The translations under genes and the position numbers were made by a program. From assembly GCA_026982555.1 (NCBI GenBank), contig JALSGT010000036.1, positions 13,854 through 77,853 of the forward strand: a stretch of 64,000 bases of DNA. The letters are read 5' to 3'. Shown in pieces: positions 59,799-64,000 of this stretch (position 1 is its first letter; each line of letters begins with the position of its first letter). This stretch comes from Chromatiales bacterium (lineage in GTDB: Bacteria > Pseudomonadota > Gammaproteobacteria > SZUA-152). Under the pieces are notes generated by a model that made no database searches, had not been told where the DNA came from, and saw only the letters and a list, made by a program, of their open reading frames with translations.

Positions 59799-62045
59799 TT
59801 ACCCGCTATTTTGTGTCTGTCGCGTTTCTGCGGCGGGTGTTATATCGCTTTTTAAGGCTGGCAAACGTATCACGATTCGTGCGCCACCTTTTGTTCGGTT
59901 TTCTGCGTACAGAATACCGTTATGTTCTTCGACAATACGCTTAACCACGGCCAATCCCAAACCGCTGCCCTTTGGTTTATTGGTGACATAGGGCTCAAAC
60001 AGGTTTTCCAGCATATCAGGAGGAATCCCTGGGCCATTATCTTCAATTTTGATCTCCACAACGTGTTCCGAAGCGTGTTTCACTTCCTGTAAATGAATGT
60101 CCACTCTACCCTGCGGTGTATCAGACAGTGACTCGATAGCATTACGAATCAGATTATGCAGTAATTGACGAATACGACCGTCATCGGCCTCCACCATTGG
60201 TGTTGATTCTTTGCCATGCACGAATAATTTGATTTTCTGATTTTCCCCCGCATACAAATCCAGTATTTCACCAATCAGGACTTCCAGTACTAACGGTGAC
60301 GGCTGTAGTTTTGGTGCGCGCGCATATTCAGAAAAGGCCTCCACCATGTTTTTCATTGATTGCACCTGTTGCACAATGGTGTGTGTAGAGCGATCCAGCA
60401 CTTCGGCATCTTCCGGTGCCATTTTGCCAAGATATTTATGTCGTAAACGTTCCGCGGAAAGTTGAATGGGCGTTAACGGGTTTTTGATTTCGTGTGCCAG
60501 GCGTCGCGCCACTTCGCCCCAGGCAGCATCACGCTGCGCCTGAATCATTGCTGTCACATCATCGAACACTACGACAAATCCTGATGTCATGCCTTTTATG
60601 CCGGGCAGTCTTGCACCCTGACACATCAGGGTTTTGTGTCGTCCGAAACCGGTTAGTGTAATTTCTTCGCGCCAGTCATCGGCATCATCGTCAATGTGTT
60701 TTGCGATGGCGGTAATAAATGTTTTCAGCTCCGGTGCATCATGTTCAATTTGCGCCAGACTCTTACCCATGGCCGCATCCATATCCTGCTCCAGAATGTG
60801 GTTAGCCGCAGCGTTGACTGCGCGCATACGTTGATTTTTATCCAGTGTGATAACCCCGGATGAAAGCCGACCCAGTACGGCACGTAAATAGTTTTGCTCA
60901 CGCTCGGCCCGATGCTGACTTTTTTGCGCATCCCGTTGCGCCTCGGAGACTTTGTTGGTCATATCCATAAAAGATTGCACCAATGCACCCAGTTCATCTG
61001 TGCGTGTAACCGGCAGCTTTTTTTGATAATTACCCGATGCCACAGCGCGCGTGCCAATGGCCAGAATGCGTATCGGCGCAACCAGTCGTTGGGCAAAAAA
61101 GAAAGCCGCCCACACGGCTGACAGCAAGGTTACCAGCAGTACCAGCGCCAAAGTAAAACTAAAACTTTGTTTCAGCGGATCACGCAAATACACCAGCTCT
61201 TTGTATTGGGTAATGGCCGATTGCACACCATCTGCCAGCACACTGACTCGCGCATCGATTGGATACAGCATAAATAACACGCGCGGATCAACAGCAACAG
61301 CGGATGCGTCTATCTGCACTGCGGTACGAATATGCAAGCCCCGGTTGTCGATGGGTGCCAGTCCCACATAATCATGTTTGTCGCGCACCTGCGATAAAAT
61401 CGAACCACCGGGTTTTTGCGGGATAATGGTCATGGTGTCAGCGCTTGAAGAGGCAATGACCCGCCCGCTTTGAAATAGTAAAGTAAGTTCGCTGGCACCA
61501 CTTTCGTTGCGTAATTCATTCAGTCTGAACATGACGATTGCATTTGGTGTTTCCCGTAGATCGGCAGCGATGGCGCGTGTTTGCTTGAGCCGATCCCGCA
61601 TACGCATATCCAGCGATGAGCGACTCAGTTCCAGTGAGTCTTCCATGGCACGTTCTACCCGCACATCAAACCAGCTGTCGATGCCTTTTTGTAAAAAACC
61701 TAATGAGAAATAGAAAACAATGGAAACAGGCACCAATGCCATAACCACAAATATCACCACCAACCTGACAGTAAGTCGCGAACCCGTAGCGGCACGACGA
61801 TACTGGCGTACCAAGCGTACTGCATCGATGCCGATCAAACCCACCAGTACGATCAGCCCCAATACATTGACGATCACCAGCGTCACATGCATGCGCCCGA
61901 ACTGGCCGGAGTTTTCTGTTGCCGCACTCAACAACCATAATGAGCCGAGCATAAAAATGGCCATGATGATGACCGGCACCACGCTGGTGGACATACGCCG
62001 CAGCCATACCAGTAATTTACCCATCACAGTCCGCCTGCTGCGCAA
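59799..62045 (-). CDS. ntrY: Sensor histidine kinase NtrY
   Basis: 748 aa. Four N-terminal TM helices, HAMP, PAS, HisKA (H-box LAHEIKNPLTPI) and HATPase (DNGPGIP, GSGLGLA). Confidence 0.8.
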   Translation of the reverse strand: MRSRRTVMGKLLVWLRRMSTSVVPVIIMAIFMLGSLWLLSAATENSGQFGRMHVTLVIVNVLGLIVLVGLIGIDAVRLVRQYRRAATGSRLTVRLVVIFVVMALVPVSIVFYFSLGFLQKGIDSWFDVRVERAMEDSLELSRSSLDMRMRDRLKQTRAIAADLRETPNAIVMFRLNELRNESGASELTLLFQSGRVIASSSADTMTIIPQKPGGSILSQVRDKHDYVGLAPIDNRGLHIRTAVQIDASAVAVDPRVLFMLYPIDARVSVLADGVQSAITQYKELVYLRDPLKQSFSFTLALVLLVTLLSAVWAAFFFAQRLVAPIRILAIGTRAVASGNYQKKLPVTRTDELGALVQSFMDMTNKVSEAQRDAQKSQHRAEREQNYLRAVLGRLSSGVITLDKNQRMRAVNAAANHILEQDMDAAMGKSLAQIEHDAPELKTFITAIAKHIDDDADDWREEITLTGFGRHKTLMCQGARLPGIKGMTSGFVVVFDDVTAMIQAQRDAAWGEVARRLAHEIKNPLTPIQLSAERLRHKYLGKMAPEDAEVLDRSTHTIVQQVQSMKNMVEAFSEYARAPKLQPSPLVLEVLIGEILDLYAGENQKIKLFVHGKESTPMVEADDGRIRQLLHNLIRNAIESLSDTPQGRVDIHLQEVKHASEHVVEIKIEDNGPGIPPDMLENLFEPYVTNKPKGSGLGLAVVKRIVEEHNGILYAENRTKGGARIVIRLPALKSDITPAAETRQTQNSG

Positions 62046-62054
62046 AACGGCTCA

Positions 62055-62639
62055 TCACAAATCCCATGAGTACCACCCGCTGTTCAACCACCATTCACTG
62101 GAAATATAGGCTCTAAGCTGCATGGGTACCGGCAGGCTGCCCAAATCCAGACGGGAACGGGCACGCACTTTGTAATGTTCTTTTGGTTGCAACAAATGGG
62201 CATCCAGAATAGGCAACTGTTCAATTTTACCCAGGGCATCCAGAGCCGCATCTAATGTGGAATAGACAAATTGAGAACCACTGTTAATGTTGCGTAATAA
62301 GTATTGGTCAGCCAGCGTATGGTATTGAATTTCGTAGCGCTGCTCCAGACTGGCCAGTACGCTGTCCCACAGATAACGACTGGGCGTATAAACCTCGATA
62401 TCCAGAATGATGGTGAGCGTAACACCATTGTCCAGCGCCGTTAGCGCCTGTGGTGTGAGTTTTAACTCCAGGTTTGCATTTAGGCGATAAATATTACCAA
62501 CCAGTTCTGTTTTTGCATCATGCACGGTAAACAATGGAGTGGCGGCGGTTGCCTCCAGTGCGAAGCTGCTGAAAACCAGCAATGCAGCCATTAAACCGCA
62601 GCACCTGTTTTTGGCGTTTATGCTGTTTTTTCCAAACAT
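62055..62639 (-). CDS. DUF4390 family periplasmic protein
   Basis: Signal peptide MAALLVFSSFALEA. Conserved rsmB/DUF4390/ntrY arrangement. The start is uncertain (62639 or 62711). Confidence 0.6.
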   Translation of the reverse strand: MFGKNSINAKNRCCGLMAALLVFSSFALEATAATPLFTVHDAKTELVGNIYRLNANLELKLTPQALTALDNGVTLTIILDIEVYTPSRYLWDSVLASLEQRYEIQYHTLADQYLLRNINSGSQFVYSTLDAALDALGKIEQLPILDAHLLQPKEHYKVRARSRLDLGSLPVPMQLRAYISSEWWLNSGWYSWDL

Positions 62640-63922
62640 GCGTAATAAAACCCGTCCATACCGTTGTTTCCCGTCAGCACTTGTTGTCCCGCTATGGCGG
62701 GCATCCCCCATGGTACGTTTATTGTTTTGAGCCGCACATCCGGCTGTCTGCCGGCAAATGCCGTTATTTGTCTGGCGTTTTCTTCAGGCAATACCGAACA
62801 CGTTGCGTACACCAGCATACCGCCGGGCTTGAGCAAGGGCCAGGTGGCATCCAGTATTTGTGCCTGCAATGCCACCAGCTTTTTGATATCGGATTCACGG
62901 CGTAATAATTTGATATCGGGATGACGTCGGATCACCCCGGTGGCCGAGCAGGGCGCATCCAGCAGAATACGATCAAACGCTTGACCATCCCACCATTCTG
63001 TGGGCGTACAGGCATCGCCCACAATACATTGAGCGGTTTTACCCAGGCGTTGCAGATTCTCCTTCACTCGTTGCAGGCGAGCGGCGTCCACATCCAGCGC
63101 CACCATTTCCACCTCTGCCAGCTCCAGCATATGCGCGGTTTTACCGCCAGGTGCCGCACACACATCAAGCACACGCAGTCCTGGTTTCAACGCCATCAAC
63201 CCTGCCGCCTGTTGTGCGGCTTCGTCCTGCACCGATAGCCAGCCCTCGGTAAAACCCGGTAATACCGTCACATCCTGCGGGTGTTCGAGTCGAATGGCGC
63301 TTGCGGTGAATTCACTACAGCTGGCCGCAATGTCATTTTTCTTCAATCGCTGCACATAGTCATTTGCGTTGATTTTTGCCGTGTTGATACGCAGGCACAT
63401 GGGAGGGCGTTGATTATTGGCCATCAGTATCGCCTGCCAGTCTGTGGGCCAGGCTTCGCGTAGCGCGTTAATCAACCATTGCGGGTGTGACCAGAGCCCC
63501 TCCTCAGAGGTGTCCGCCTGCGCCGATAATTTTTTCTGCTGGCGCTGAAAGTTACGCAGCACGCCATTCGCCATGCCTCGTGCCCAGACTTTTTTAAGGG
63601 TCACCGTAGCGGCCACCGTTTCTGACACAGCGGCATGATCCGGTACCCGCATGCACATTAACTGATACAGGCCCAGTAACAACAGCGCCTGTACATCGGC
63701 ATCTTTTGCTTTCAGTGGTTTTTTTAACAGGCTGGCGACCATGAGCGACAGACGATGATATTCGCGCAGCACGCCGTAACACATCTCCTGAATCAGCGCG
63801 CGATCATCGCTTAGCGCAGGTGGTACGTCTTCCATGGCACGGGACAGGGAACGCCCATCGCGGGTGACCTGGCTAAGAATGCGTGCAGCCGTGGCTCGTG
63901 GGTTTTGTTTTGGCGAAGCCAT
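62618..63922 (-). CDS. rsmB: 16S rRNA (cytosine967-C5)-methyltransferase RsmB (Sun)
   Basis: 434 aa. N-terminal NusB-like domain; SAM-MTase motifs VLDVCAAPGGKT, DAPCSATG and catalytic TCS. Confidence 0.9.
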   Translation of the reverse strand: MASPKQNPRATAARILSQVTRDGRSLSRAMEDVPPALSDDRALIQEMCYGVLREYHRLSLMVASLLKKPLKAKDADVQALLLLGLYQLMCMRVPDHAAVSETVAATVTLKKVWARGMANGVLRNFQRQQKKLSAQADTSEEGLWSHPQWLINALREAWPTDWQAILMANNQRPPMCLRINTAKINANDYVQRLKKNDIAASCSEFTASAIRLEHPQDVTVLPGFTEGWLSVQDEAAQQAAGLMALKPGLRVLDVCAAPGGKTAHMLELAEVEMVALDVDAARLQRVKENLQRLGKTAQCIVGDACTPTEWWDGQAFDRILLDAPCSATGVIRRHPDIKLLRRESDIKKLVALQAQILDATWPLLKPGGMLVYATCSVLPEENARQITAFAGRQPDVRLKTINVPWGMPAIAGQQVLTGNNGMDGFYYACLEKTA

Positions 63923-64000
63923 CAGAATGCACGCAGGGGCGTAAAAAACATACTCACTGTTGCACAGCCTCTATTCACGAACAGGCTCCTGAGTTGCAGC

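Noticed and set aside
63974-64000. C-terminal fragment of fmt (minus strand) at the right edge
   Set aside because: Only about 9 codons before the stop lie in the window. Too short to support as a feature, though synteny (fmt-rsmB) makes it likely.

Overview
This 64 kb window looks like gammaproteobacterial chromosome, with a gene order typical of Methylococcales/Thiotrichales-like lineages. I infer that only from gene content: hprK beside ptsN, an ntrYX-DUF4390-rsmB block, and two PEP-CTERM proteins. Coding density is high. I found no rRNA, tRNA, CRISPR array, integrase or transposase genes.

The left ~7 kb is a complete four-gene Wadjet (jetABCD) anti-plasmid operon; adjacent stop/start codons overlap, so the genes are translationally coupled. 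This is the clearest accessory/defence module.

Next comes a PspA-family cluster resembling E. coli yjfIJKLM: YjfI/DUF2170, YjfJ (PspA/IM30), YjfK/DUF2491, a DUF350 membrane protein and a lipoprotein. It has an unusual complement of extra genes:
- a spermidine-synthase domain fused to an N-terminal polytopic membrane domain;
- a tandem ribbon-helix-helix protein;
- a two-TM K+ channel with the TVGYGD filter;
- an HExxH membrane metalloprotease-like protein.
A tandem palindromic operator sits immediately upstream of the cluster. I regard this as the most likely undescribed system in the window.

The rest is mostly housekeeping:
- argG, DUF1841, nth, priA, argS and an FtsN-like SPOR protein;
- amtB-glnK, ubiK, mgtE, a NUDIX hydrolase, ubiC-ubiA and yrbG;
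- kdsD-kdsC-lptC-lptA-lptB-rpoN-hpf-ptsN-hprK-rapZ-EIIA(Man)-ptsO;
- a polysaccharide deacetylase, a PilZ plus HDOD pair, cysB, slyX, trkH-trkA and ntrX-ntrY-DUF4390-rsmB.

Other notable items:
- a 1540-aa protein with a new architecture: two cNMP-binding domains, a rhodanese domain, a ~600-aa charged coiled coil built from ~80-aa tandem repeats, one TM helix and an acidic tail;
- a MITE-like intergenic repeat family with terminal inverted repeats, present in three copies; one copy sits inside the conserved kdsC-lptC junction;
- a cluster of three DnaA boxes between nth and priA;
- two convergent PEP-CTERM proteins separated by terminators and a MITE copy;
- an EAL-HDOD protein with a degenerate catalytic loop.
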